Shown piece after piece: positions 54,068-62,124 of a stretch of DNA of 64,000 bases (within the stretch, counting starts at the first letter, position 1; the number at the start of each line of letters is the position of its first letter). A model generated the notes under the pieces. The model ran no database searches, had not been told where the DNA came from, and saw nothing but the letters and a program-made list of their open reading frames with translations. Position numbers and translations under genes: made by a program. This DNA comes from an uncultured Clostridia bacterium (GTDB lineage Bacteria > Bacillota > Clostridia > TANB77 > CAG-508), in assembly GCA_947581895.1 (NCBI GenBank), contig CANPWE010000002.1:1108-65107 (forward strand). The letters are read 5' to 3'.

Positions 54068-54199
54068 ATCACATTTTTAGAAGCATTTCAACCATATTTT
54101 ATCACATTTTTATAAGTATTCCAACTGTGTTTTATCACATTTTTAGAATTGTTCAAGGTGTGTTCAATCACATTTTTAGAAAAATATCGCATAGTTTAA
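54068..54199. repeat. four direct repeats phased at exactly 33 bp with a conserved 15-nt core ATCACATTTTTAGAA
   Basis: The cores start at 54068, 54101, 54134 and 54167. The second core is ATCACATTTTTATAA. The 18-nt inter-core segments differ. The array begins 26 bp upstream of the ATPase start codon. Confidence 0.8.
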
Positions 54200-54429
54200 A
54201 ACTTTACAATATTTTTTTATTTGCATCTTTTCTTTTTTATTATTAGTTCAGCTACTACTGGAATCAAACATACGATTATGTAATTTAAGATATTTCTTCC
54301 TGTTTGAGCATACTCTTTAGAAAGTTCTTTTTCTTTTACTGTATATATTATTTTTTCATCATTTTCATTATATTTTTCTAAAAGAATTTTACAACTAAGT
54401 TTGCATAAACATCAATCATAATTAATTCC

Positions 54430-54469
54430 AAAAAAATTGACACAATTTAACCTATGCTAAATTGTGTCA
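54430..54469 (-). terminator. intrinsic terminator of ftsH
   Basis: Stem tgacacaattt (54438-54448) pairs with aaattgtgtca (54459-54469). On the minus strand a U7 run follows (the complement of the A-run at 54430-54436). Confidence 0.6.
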
Positions 54470-54505
54470 TTCTTATATTAAATTTATGAAATTATTCCAT
54501 AAAAT

Positions 54506-56302
54506 CTATGAGAAAATTGCATCAAATTCATCTCCATCAATTTTTTCTTTCTCAAGTAATATTCCAGCAACAGCATGTAATTTATCAATATTCTCTCTTA
54601 ATATTTTTTCTGCTGATGCATATGCATTATCAATAATTGCCTTAACCTCTTCATCAATAATTCCAGCTGTTTCTTCAGAATATTCCTTTCCTTGTGAAAA
54701 ATCTCTTCCTAAGAAAACTTCTTCTTGATTATTTCCTAGCATTATAGTACCTATTTTTTCACTCATACCATATTTGGTTACCATTGCTCTTGCAATTTGA
54801 GTTGCTCTTTCAATATCATTACTTGCACCAGTTGAAATATCATCTAATATTATTTGTTCTGCAACCCTTCCACCAAGTAATGAAACTATTTGTTCCAACA
54901 TTTCAGATTTAGACATAAATGATTTATCTTCTGTTGGTCTATACATAGTATAACCACCAGCCATACCTCTTGGTACAATTGAAATTTGGTGTACTGCATC
55001 TTGTGTAGGTAAAAATCTACTTACAACTGCATGACCTGCTTCATGGTATGCAACTAATTTATTTTCTTTTTCACTTCTTACACGAGTTTTCTTTTCAGGT
55101 CCCATTGTAACTTTTATCATTGCATCTTCAATTTCAGCCATATTTATTTCTGTTTTATTTCTTCTTGCTGCAAGTAAAGCTGCTTCATTTAATACATTTT
55201 CTAAGTCTGCACCTGAAAATCCTGATGTATTTTTAGCAATTGTTTTAAAATCAACATCTGATCCCATTACTTTTTTTCTTGCATGAACTTCTAATATTTC
55301 TTCTCTTGCTTTTACATCTGGAGCAGATACTACTATTTGTCTATCAAATCTTCCTGGACGTAATAATGCTTTATCTAGTATATCTGGTCTATTAGTTGCA
55401 GCTAAAACTATAACACCTTCATTTGTAGCAAATCCATCCATTTCTACAAGTAATTGGTTTAAAGTTTGTTCTCTTTCATCATGGCCTCCACCAACACCTG
55501 CACCTCTTTGACGTCCTACTGCATCTATTTCATCTATGAATATAATACATGGTGAGCTTTTCTTAGCTTGTTCAAATAAATCTCTAACACGTGAAGCACC
55601 AACACCTACAAACATTTCTACGAAATCTGAACCACTTATTATAAAGAATGGAACTCCAGCTTCTCCTGCTACTGCTTTTGCAAGTAATGTTTTACCTGTT
55701 CCAGGATGTCCTACAAGTAAAACCCCTTTTGGAATTCTTGCTCCCATATCTGTGAATTTTTTTGGATTTTTTAAAAATTCTACTATCTCTTGTAGTTCTT
55801 CTTTTTCTTCATTTACACCTGCAACATCATTGAAAGTTACTTTATTTTTATCTATTTCTGTTAAAGCTCTTGCTTTACTTTTTCCAAATGACATTGATTT
55901 TCCTGCACCTTGACTTTTGTTCATTAAAACAAACCAGAAAATGAAGAAAATAATTAGAAGACCAAATGGAGTTAATAAACTTACTATAACCATAAACCAA
56001 GACTCAGATTTTTCTGTTACAGTAATCTGCTTATTTTTCATAGGTTCATTTAATGTGTCCATAAAACTTTCCATATTTGGTATATTTACTTCTTTTGGAA
56101 CATCATCATTTTTTAACTCTACAATAGCAGATTCCCCTGATGAATCAATTTCTATATTTTTTACTTCATCTGCTTCTACTTTTTTAATTAACTCTGAGTA
56201 TGCTAATCTTCTATCATTATTTTCTAAAATTGAAGAAATTAGCACAACGAAAATTAACCCAATTACAAACCAAACTAATAAGGTTTTTAGAGTATTTTTC
56301 AA
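54506..56302 (-). CDS. ftsH: ATP-dependent zinc metalloprotease FtsH
   Basis: It has two TM segments, an AAA module ([22 protein letters not shown]) and the zinc site HEAGHAVV. Confidence 0.96.
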   Translation of the reverse strand: MKNTLKTLLVWFVIGLIFVVLISSILENNDRRLAYSELIKKVEADEVKNIEIDSSGESAIVELKNDDVPKEVNIPNMESFMDTLNEPMKNKQITVTEKSESWFMVIVSLLTPFGLLIIFFIFWFVLMNKSQGAGKSMSFGKSKARALTEIDKNKVTFNDVAGVNEEKEELQEIVEFLKNPKKFTDMGARIPKGVLLVGHPGTGKTLLAKAVAGEAGVPFFIISGSDFVEMFVGVGASRVRDLFEQAKKSSPCIIFIDEIDAVGRQRGAGVGGGHDEREQTLNQLLVEMDGFATNEGVIVLAATNRPDILDKALLRPGRFDRQIVVSAPDVKAREEILEVHARKKVMGSDVDFKTIAKNTSGFSGADLENVLNEAALLAARRNKTEINMAEIEDAMIKVTMGPEKKTRVRSEKENKLVAYHEAGHAVVSRFLPTQDAVHQISIVPRGMAGGYTMYRPTEDKSFMSKSEMLEQIVSLLGGRVAEQIILDDISTGASNDIERATQIARAMVTKYGMSEKIGTIMLGNNQEEVFLGRDFSQGKEYSEETAGIIDEEVKAIIDNAYASAEKILRENIDKLHAVAGILLEKEKIDGDEFDAIFS

Positions 56303-56613
56303 TGTTTTCCCTCCTTATCTAAATTTTATTATTCTACTTTCTTATTAATATTATGTATGTTATTTTTTGTTTACATACTTTTTAAAATATATTAGACACT
56401 ATAACATAACTTTACTTGAAATTCAAGCTGTTCACAAAACTTTCATATGACAAAATTCTACTTTTTTTAAATTTATTACGGAAATAAAAAATTTATTTTC
56501 TTATTGTAATAAAAAAGTAATAAAAAAATATTGCAAAAATTTTTCTTTTAATTTTGCAATACTCTTTTTTTGTATTATACACTTTAGTTCACAAGCCTTA
56601 TTTCCCTAAGGCT

Positions 56614-57636
56614 TCATGAATTTTTTATAAAATATATTTTTCCTGATTTTACCAATACCTTTATATTTTTGTTAGGTGTTAAGTATTTGTTCCCTATGTT
56701 TTTTGCGCATAATATAATAATATCATCAACATGTTTTTTTTCTATTCCTTGCGTGTTCCCTAAGACTTTTTGAATTGAAGCTAATATTATTTTACCTTTT
56801 ATGAAATTTTGTTGTTGATTAAATTTTTTTAAATTAAGTATTAATCTATTTGAATTTTGTAAATCAAATTCATCACTTTTATCTTTATTATTTTCATTGA
56901 TCACTAATTCCTTATTTAAAATTTCTTCTAAATAATTTTGAATAAATTCATTTTCCTGTCTTGCCAATATTGATAATTTATTTAGTGATTCTATAATATT
57001 AGGGTTAAATTCACTTTTTATTTGTGGAATTAATATATTCCTAATTTTATTTCTTGTATATATATTTTCAAAATTTGATTTATCTATTTTAGGCTGTAAA
57101 TTTTTTTGTTCACAATATTCTTCTATTTGTTTTCTTTCACATTCTATTAAAGGTCTAATAAACTTTTTATCTCTTATTGGTTCAATTCCTTTAAGACCAG
57201 ATGTACCAGCTCCTCTAAATATGTTCATTAATACTGTTTCTGCATTATCATTTGCATTATGAGCTGTTGCAATTTTGTTTGAATTAGTTTTATTTAAAAT
57301 TTCTTCAAAAAAATCATATCTTGCCTTTCTTCCAGCTTCTTCTGTTCCAATTTTTTCTTTACTTGATTTTTCTATAACATCTATTCTTTTTATATAACAT
57401 TCTATTCCTAATTTGTTACAGAAATCATACACATATTCTGTTTCTTCTTCTGCCTCTTTACGTATCATGTGATTTATATGTGCTACAACAATTTGAAAGT
57501 TTAATTCTTGTTTTAATTCATTTAAAATGTGTAATAAGCTGATAGAATCAGGACCACCAGATACACCTACAACAATCTTATCATTACTATTTATTAAATT
57601 ATATTTATTTATTGTTTGTAATACCTTATTTTTCAA
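56614..57636 (-). CDS. tilS: tRNA(Ile)-lysidine synthetase TilS (short form)
   Basis: The PP-loop motif VGVSGGPDSISLL is present, and the gene lies upstream of ftsH. Confidence 0.85.
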   Translation of the reverse strand: MKNKVLQTINKYNLINSNDKIVVGVSGGPDSISLLHILNELKQELNFQIVVAHINHMIRKEAEEETEYVYDFCNKLGIECYIKRIDVIEKSSKEKIGTEEAGRKARYDFFEEILNKTNSNKIATAHNANDNAETVLMNIFRGAGTSGLKGIEPIRDKKFIRPLIECERKQIEEYCEQKNLQPKIDKSNFENIYTRNKIRNILIPQIKSEFNPNIIESLNKLSILARQENEFIQNYLEEILNKELVINENNKDKSDEFDLQNSNRLILNLKKFNQQQNFIKGKIILASIQKVLGNTQGIEKKHVDDIIILCAKNIGNKYLTPNKNIKVLVKSGKIYFIKNS

Positions 57637-57656
57637 ACCCTTCTCCTTTTCTTTCT

Positions 57657-57937
57657 ACTGTTTAATACTTTTCACATAAAAAAATTTTGTAGAGTAGTCA
57701 AATTCAATAGTTATGTAAAAGGGATAAATATATTAACAATGGAGTACAAAGCGCGCAGTTTGGCGAGGCTTATCAAAAGAAGTAAAATGGACTCAATCAT
57801 AACACAAACTTTTACTATTTCAAAGTCCATTTTGCCTTTTGATAAGTCCAAGCCAGTAAGCGTACGGAATGTTAATATATTTATCACTTTTACATAACTA
57901 TTGAATTTGACGGCTTATTGCAAAACTATTAAACAGT
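57657..57937. repeat. 281-bp nested inverted repeat (long imperfect hairpin) in the dnaB-tilS spacer
   Basis: The outer arms are 11 bp (57657-57667 and 57927-57937). The main arms are 42 bp with one mismatch (57697-57738 and 57870-57911). An inner stem of about 24 bp runs ggcttatcaaaag..aaaatggact against agtccatttt..cttttgataag. The interior is locally GC-rich (gcgcgcagtttggcgagg). Confidence 0.85.
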
Positions 57938-57945
57938 AACAATAA

Positions 57946-59274
57946 CTAATATCTATTATCTAAATTAGCAAATTTAGTATAATTTCCAAGCCATGCTAAC
58001 TCAACAGTTCCTGTTGAACCAGCTCTATGTTTTGCTAATATGACTTCTGCTACATTTTTCTTTTCAGAATCTTGGTTATAATAATCATCTCTGTATAAAA
58101 ACATAACAATATCAGCATCTTGTTCTATTGAACCTGATTCACGAAGATCTGAAAGCATTGGTCTATGGTCTGGTCTTTGTTCTGGTGCACGTGATAATTG
58201 TGAAAGCGCTATAACTGGAACATTTATTTCTTTTGCAAGAATTTTCAAAGACCTACTAATTTCTGCAATTTCTTGTTCACGACTTCCTGTCCTTTTATTA
58301 CTTGCTTGTACAAGCTGTAAATAATCTATTACAACTAATCCTATATTTTTTTCTAATTTCATTTTCCTACATTTTGCACGTATTTCCATTATAGAAATAC
58401 CTGGAGTATCATCTATAAAAATTTCTGCTTCTGATAATATTCCTGAAGCTTCAGCAAGTTTTGTCCAATCATCATCTTCTACTTTACCAGTTCTTACTTT
58501 ATTACTATCAACTAGAGCTTCACTACATAAAATTCTGTTAGCCATTTGCTCTTTTGACATTTCAAGACTAAATATTGCAACTGGAATTTTTGCTCTTACT
58601 GCAGCATTTGTTGCTATATTTAAAGCAAATGCTGATTTCCCCATAGCTGGTCTTGCTGCAACTAAAATTAATTCTGAACCATGAAAACCTGCTGTTTTAT
58701 AATCTAAATCTATAAATCCTGTTGGTACACCTGTTACATGTTGTTTTCTATTATATAATTCCTCTAATTCAACAAATGCATCAACTAAAATATCTTTTAT
58801 TGAACTATAGCTTTTTTGAGACCTATTTTGCATAACACTAAAAATTTTCTTTTCTGCATTATCCATAAGTTCTTCTACATCTTGTGTTGGGTCATAACCT
58901 AGTGTTATTAACTCATTTGCTGTTCTTATCAAAGTTCTTAGTGAAGATTTTTCTTCTACAATTTTTATGTATTTATCAACATTTGCAGTTGTAGGAACTT
59001 TCTCTGGTAATTCTGCTAAATACTCTAATCCACCAATAGCTTCAAACTTTCCCATAGAAGAAAGCTCTGATTTTAAAGTTATAATATCTATTGGTTCCCC
59101 TCTACTATATAAATTCATAATAGCAGAATAAATTATTTTATTATCTTCTCTATAAAAATCATTATCTGAAAGTGCCTCTATTGCTGAAATTACTGCATCT
59201 TTGTCTGTTAACATACTTCCTATAACTGCTTGTTCAGCTTCTAAATCATGTGGTGGAACTTTATTAAAATCCAT
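57946..59274 (-). CDS. dnaB: replicative DNA helicase DnaB/DnaC
   Basis: The N-terminus is PPHDLEAEQAVIGSML, Walker A is ARPAMGKSAFALN, and a RecA-like core (IDYLQL) is present. Confidence 0.95.
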   Translation of the reverse strand: MDFNKVPPHDLEAEQAVIGSMLTDKDAVISAIEALSDNDFYREDNKIIYSAIMNLYSRGEPIDIITLKSELSSMGKFEAIGGLEYLAELPEKVPTTANVDKYIKIVEEKSSLRTLIRTANELITLGYDPTQDVEELMDNAEKKIFSVMQNRSQKSYSSIKDILVDAFVELEELYNRKQHVTGVPTGFIDLDYKTAGFHGSELILVAARPAMGKSAFALNIATNAAVRAKIPVAIFSLEMSKEQMANRILCSEALVDSNKVRTGKVEDDDWTKLAEASGILSEAEIFIDDTPGISIMEIRAKCRKMKLEKNIGLVVIDYLQLVQASNKRTGSREQEIAEISRSLKILAKEINVPVIALSQLSRAPEQRPDHRPMLSDLRESGSIEQDADIVMFLYRDDYYNQDSEKKNVAEVILAKHRAGSTGTVELAWLGNYTKFANLDNRY

Positions 59275-59385
59275 TTTATTTACTTCCTTCCGATTTGATT
59301 AATTTAAGTAATTTAAAAAATTAGGAATTTTTTAACGCGTCCTCAAATTTCTTTTTGAACGCGTCCAAATTTTTTTATCTTTCCT

Positions 59386-59829
59386 TTAATTAATAACACT
59401 TACTTTTAAGTTTCCCATAATTCCTTCAAATAATTTAACTGAAATATTAAAAACACCCAAATTTTTAATTGTTTCATTTAAAATAATCTTTTTCTTATCT
59501 ATTTCAATTCCAAATTGTTCTTTTAGATTTTCTGAAATTTCCTTTGATGTTACACCACCAAATATTCTTCCATTATCTCCAGCTTTTACTTTTAAAGTAA
59601 CTGTTATATCTTTAAATTTTTTTGCTATTTCTTCTGCTTTTTCTTTTTCAACATTTTTTTTATGTTGAGCAGAATCTTGTTTATTTTTTAATTTTCCCAA
59701 ATTTTCAGCATTTGCTTCTACTGCTAATTTTTTAGGAAATAGGAAGTTTCTTGCATATCCATCACTAGCATTTATAATTTCGTCCTTTTTTCCAACTCCT
59801 TTTATATTATCTAATAAAATTACTTTCAT
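59386..59829 (-). CDS. rplI: 50S ribosomal protein L9
   Basis: The N-terminus is [36 protein letters not shown]. The RBS gaaggtga lies upstream of ATG 59827-59829. Confidence 0.9.
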   Translation of the reverse strand: MKVILLDNIKGVGKKDEIINASDGYARNFLFPKKLAVEANAENLGKLKNKQDSAQHKKNVEKEKAEEIAKKFKDITVTLKVKAGDNGRIFGGVTSKEISENLKEQFGIEIDKKKIILNETIKNLGVFNISVKLFEGIMGNLKVSVIN

Positions 59830-59906
59830 ATATATCACCTTCTCAAAATTTGTTTACTATATTTTACAACAATTTTACTATTTTATCAATATGATATATG
59901 ATATAT

Positions 59907-61910
59907 TTATTCTGAAAAATATTCTTTAATTTTTCCTATTAATTCTTTTTTAACATCATAAATGTTCATTCCTTCAACCTGTGCTCCTGCAAGAGTTATG
60001 TGTCCTCCACCTCCTAATTTTTCTAAAATCACTTGAACATTTATATCTCCTAGTGAACGACCACTTATACAAATTTTTTCGCCATAATTTCCTATTACAA
60101 ATGATGCTGTAATATTACTTATTGTAAGTAATTCATCTGCTGCTTTTGCACAAATTATATTTGCATCTTTGTCTACTCTATCATAAATAGATATAGCAAT
60201 TGATTCTCCTACTATTTCTGATTTGGCAACTATTTGAGAAATTGTATTATATGTGTTTAAATCACTTTGGAACCATTTTTTTACTTTTATAATATCAACA
60301 CCACATCTACGTAAATATGCTGCTGCTTCAAATGTTCTAACACCTGTTTTAAATGTAAAGTTTTTAGTATCCATCATAATTCCAGCATATAATCCTTCTG
60401 CTTCAATATTAGTTAGTTTTATATTTTGGTCTGAATACACTATTAATTCTGTTACTAATTCAGCTGCAGATGATGCATATACTTCTTGGAAAGTTAAAAC
60501 AGAATTATCAATATAATCTGTACTCATCCTATGATGATCTATTATAACAATTTTTCCTGCCATATCAATTAACTCTGGAATATCTGAATAACTCTTTTTG
60601 TGTGTATCTACTACTATGAGTAATGTTCCAGAATTTGTAATTTCTATTGCTTCTTCTTTATCTATTATAGCTTCTTGGTATTCTGGATCACGTTTTGCAT
60701 ATTCAACAAAATTTTCAAGGCCAATTCCTATAGTCCCACTAGCAATATGTGCTTCTTTTCCTAAGGTTTTAGCTACTCTATATATTCCTAATGCAGAACC
60801 TAATGCATCTATATCACAGTTTGTGTGTCCCATAATTACTACATTGTTTGATTCAAGTATTAATTCTTCTAATGCATTTGATACACTTCTTGCTTTTACT
60901 TTAGTACGCTTTTCTAATTCTTGTGTTCTACCTCCAAAAAAGCTATATTTTCCGTTTTTTCTTATAACAGCTTGGTCTCCTCCTCTACCTAATGCTATAT
61001 CTATTGCATTTTTTGCAAGTTTATATTTTTCATAATAAGAGTCACCTTCTGTTGATACTGCTATACTTAATGTTGATTGAATTTTAGCCGAAATTTCAAT
61101 TTCTTTTATTGAATCTAAAATATTGAATTTATTTTCTTCCAATATTCTTAGATATTTTTGTTCACATATCCAAATAAAAGTATCTCTTTCAGCTTTTACA
61201 ACTAAACCTTTAAATTCACTTGCCCATTCATAAATCTTTTTCTCTATTTGTGAGAAAAGTTGTATTTGTTGTTCTACAGATATACGTTGTATAATTTCTT
61301 CATAATTGTCTATCATTGCTATTCCTATACATATTTGTGAATCTTTATAATCATTTTTTAAGTTTATTATTTCTGTTTCATCTACAAAATATAATGTTGC
61401 CATATATTCTTTTTTCTTATCTACTGATTTTGTTTTTACATATTCTCCTACTATTTTATAATTCTTATTCCCTATCTCGATTTTTTGTAAAATTTGGTTA
61501 TTACGTAATTTAGGATTATTTTCTATTTCTAGTTTTAATTCTTTTACTATATCATCTAATATTGGGTTTATTTCTACATCCCTAAATTCACTTATAAATT
61601 TTGTGCTTTTCCAAATTATACTTCCATCTGTTTCTACTATGATTAGTGGAAAAGGTGAATTTATTAAAGTCCTTTTAGATACTTTATCTACATTAAGAGT
61701 TAAGTCTTTTATGTGTTCTGATACTTCTGCCATTCTTTTTTGGTTTGTCCAGTATGTGTATATAATTATTAAAATATAGATTATTAATGCTGGTGCTATT
61801 AAAATTGGCTTTATAACACATATTATTATTAATAAAATTGCAATTATGACCAAATAAAACTTTGTTTTTGATACTAGTTTATCAAAAAAATTATTATTAA
61901 TATTTGACAT
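59907..61910 (-). CDS. gdpP: GdpP/YybT-like DHH-DHHA1 phosphodiesterase (c-di-AMP PDE family)
   Basis: It has two N-terminal TM segments and a degenerate GGDEF-like region. The DHH motifs are MGHTNCDIDALGS and IIDHHR, with a DHHA1 GGGH. It lies upstream of rplI-dnaB, as yybT does. The likely start is ATG 61908-61910, with RBS aaggag. Confidence 0.8.
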   Translation of the reverse strand: MSNINNNFFDKLVSKTKFYLVIIAILLIIICVIKPILIAPALIIYILIIIYTYWTNQKRMAEVSEHIKDLTLNVDKVSKRTLINSPFPLIIVETDGSIIWKSTKFISEFRDVEINPILDDIVKELKLEIENNPKLRNNQILQKIEIGNKNYKIVGEYVKTKSVDKKKEYMATLYFVDETEIINLKNDYKDSQICIGIAMIDNYEEIIQRISVEQQIQLFSQIEKKIYEWASEFKGLVVKAERDTFIWICEQKYLRILEENKFNILDSIKEIEISAKIQSTLSIAVSTEGDSYYEKYKLAKNAIDIALGRGGDQAVIRKNGKYSFFGGRTQELEKRTKVKARSVSNALEELILESNNVVIMGHTNCDIDALGSALGIYRVAKTLGKEAHIASGTIGIGLENFVEYAKRDPEYQEAIIDKEEAIEITNSGTLLIVVDTHKKSYSDIPELIDMAGKIVIIDHHRMSTDYIDNSVLTFQEVYASSAAELVTELIVYSDQNIKLTNIEAEGLYAGIMMDTKNFTFKTGVRTFEAAAYLRRCGVDIIKVKKWFQSDLNTYNTISQIVAKSEIVGESIAISIYDRVDKDANIICAKAADELLTISNITASFVIGNYGEKICISGRSLGDINVQVILEKLGGGGHITLAGAQVEGMNIYDVKKELIGKIKEYFSE

Positions 61911-61943
61911 TTTTATCTCCTTGTTTATTTTCAATATACTTAA

Positions 61944-61972
61944 ATTTTACCTGTTTTTAGTGATTTTGTCAA
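61944..61972 (-). promoter_or_regulatory. consensus-like sigma-A promoter for gdpP-rplI-dnaB
   Basis: On the minus strand: TTGACA (61967-61972), a 17-nt spacer, then TAAAAT (61944-61949), about 30 nt upstream of the gdpP RBS. Confidence 0.5.
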
Positions 61973-62045
61973 GGTGGGTGGAGAGTGGTTTGTTTGGTTC
62001 TAAGAATATAAACATTAGGTTTTGTATGGGTTTTGAAACCTTTTA

Positions 62046-62092
62046 GGACACATACCAAATTTCTTAGAACTTGAGAAATTTGATATGTGTCC
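62046..62092 (-). terminator. 19-bp hairpin downstream of the surface-protein gene (no clear U-run)
   Basis: ggacacataccaaatttct (62046-62064) pairs with agaaatttgatatgtgtcc (74-92 of the 620xx line, i.e. 62074-62092), with one mismatch. Its loop sequence gttctaaga can alternatively pair with 62009-62018. Confidence 0.4.
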
Positions 62093-62124
62093 CATAATAT
62101 TACTTAATTACATATATTACTTTA

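Noticed and set aside
54068-54199. A possible CRISPR array.
   Set aside because: There are only four units. The conserved core is 15 nt with 18-nt spacers, far shorter than CRISPR repeats and spacers. There are no cas genes and no leader-like structure.
54064-54246. Plus-strand 60-aa ORF with repeated YHIFR units.
   Set aside because: Its periodicity merely reflects translation of the 33-bp DNA repeat array. It has no RBS. A DNA-level repeat (operator/iteron) is the simpler reading.
57739-57897. 52-codon plus-strand ORF (MEYKARSLARLIKRSK...) inside the large inverted repeat, containing an in-phase CGG at 57865-57867.
   Set aside because: - It has only a weak RBS.
- It runs opposite to all neighbouring genes.
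- It lies across both arms of a hairpin.
- It has no recognisable family.

I treat it as non-coding, so I do not count it as a read-through CGG.
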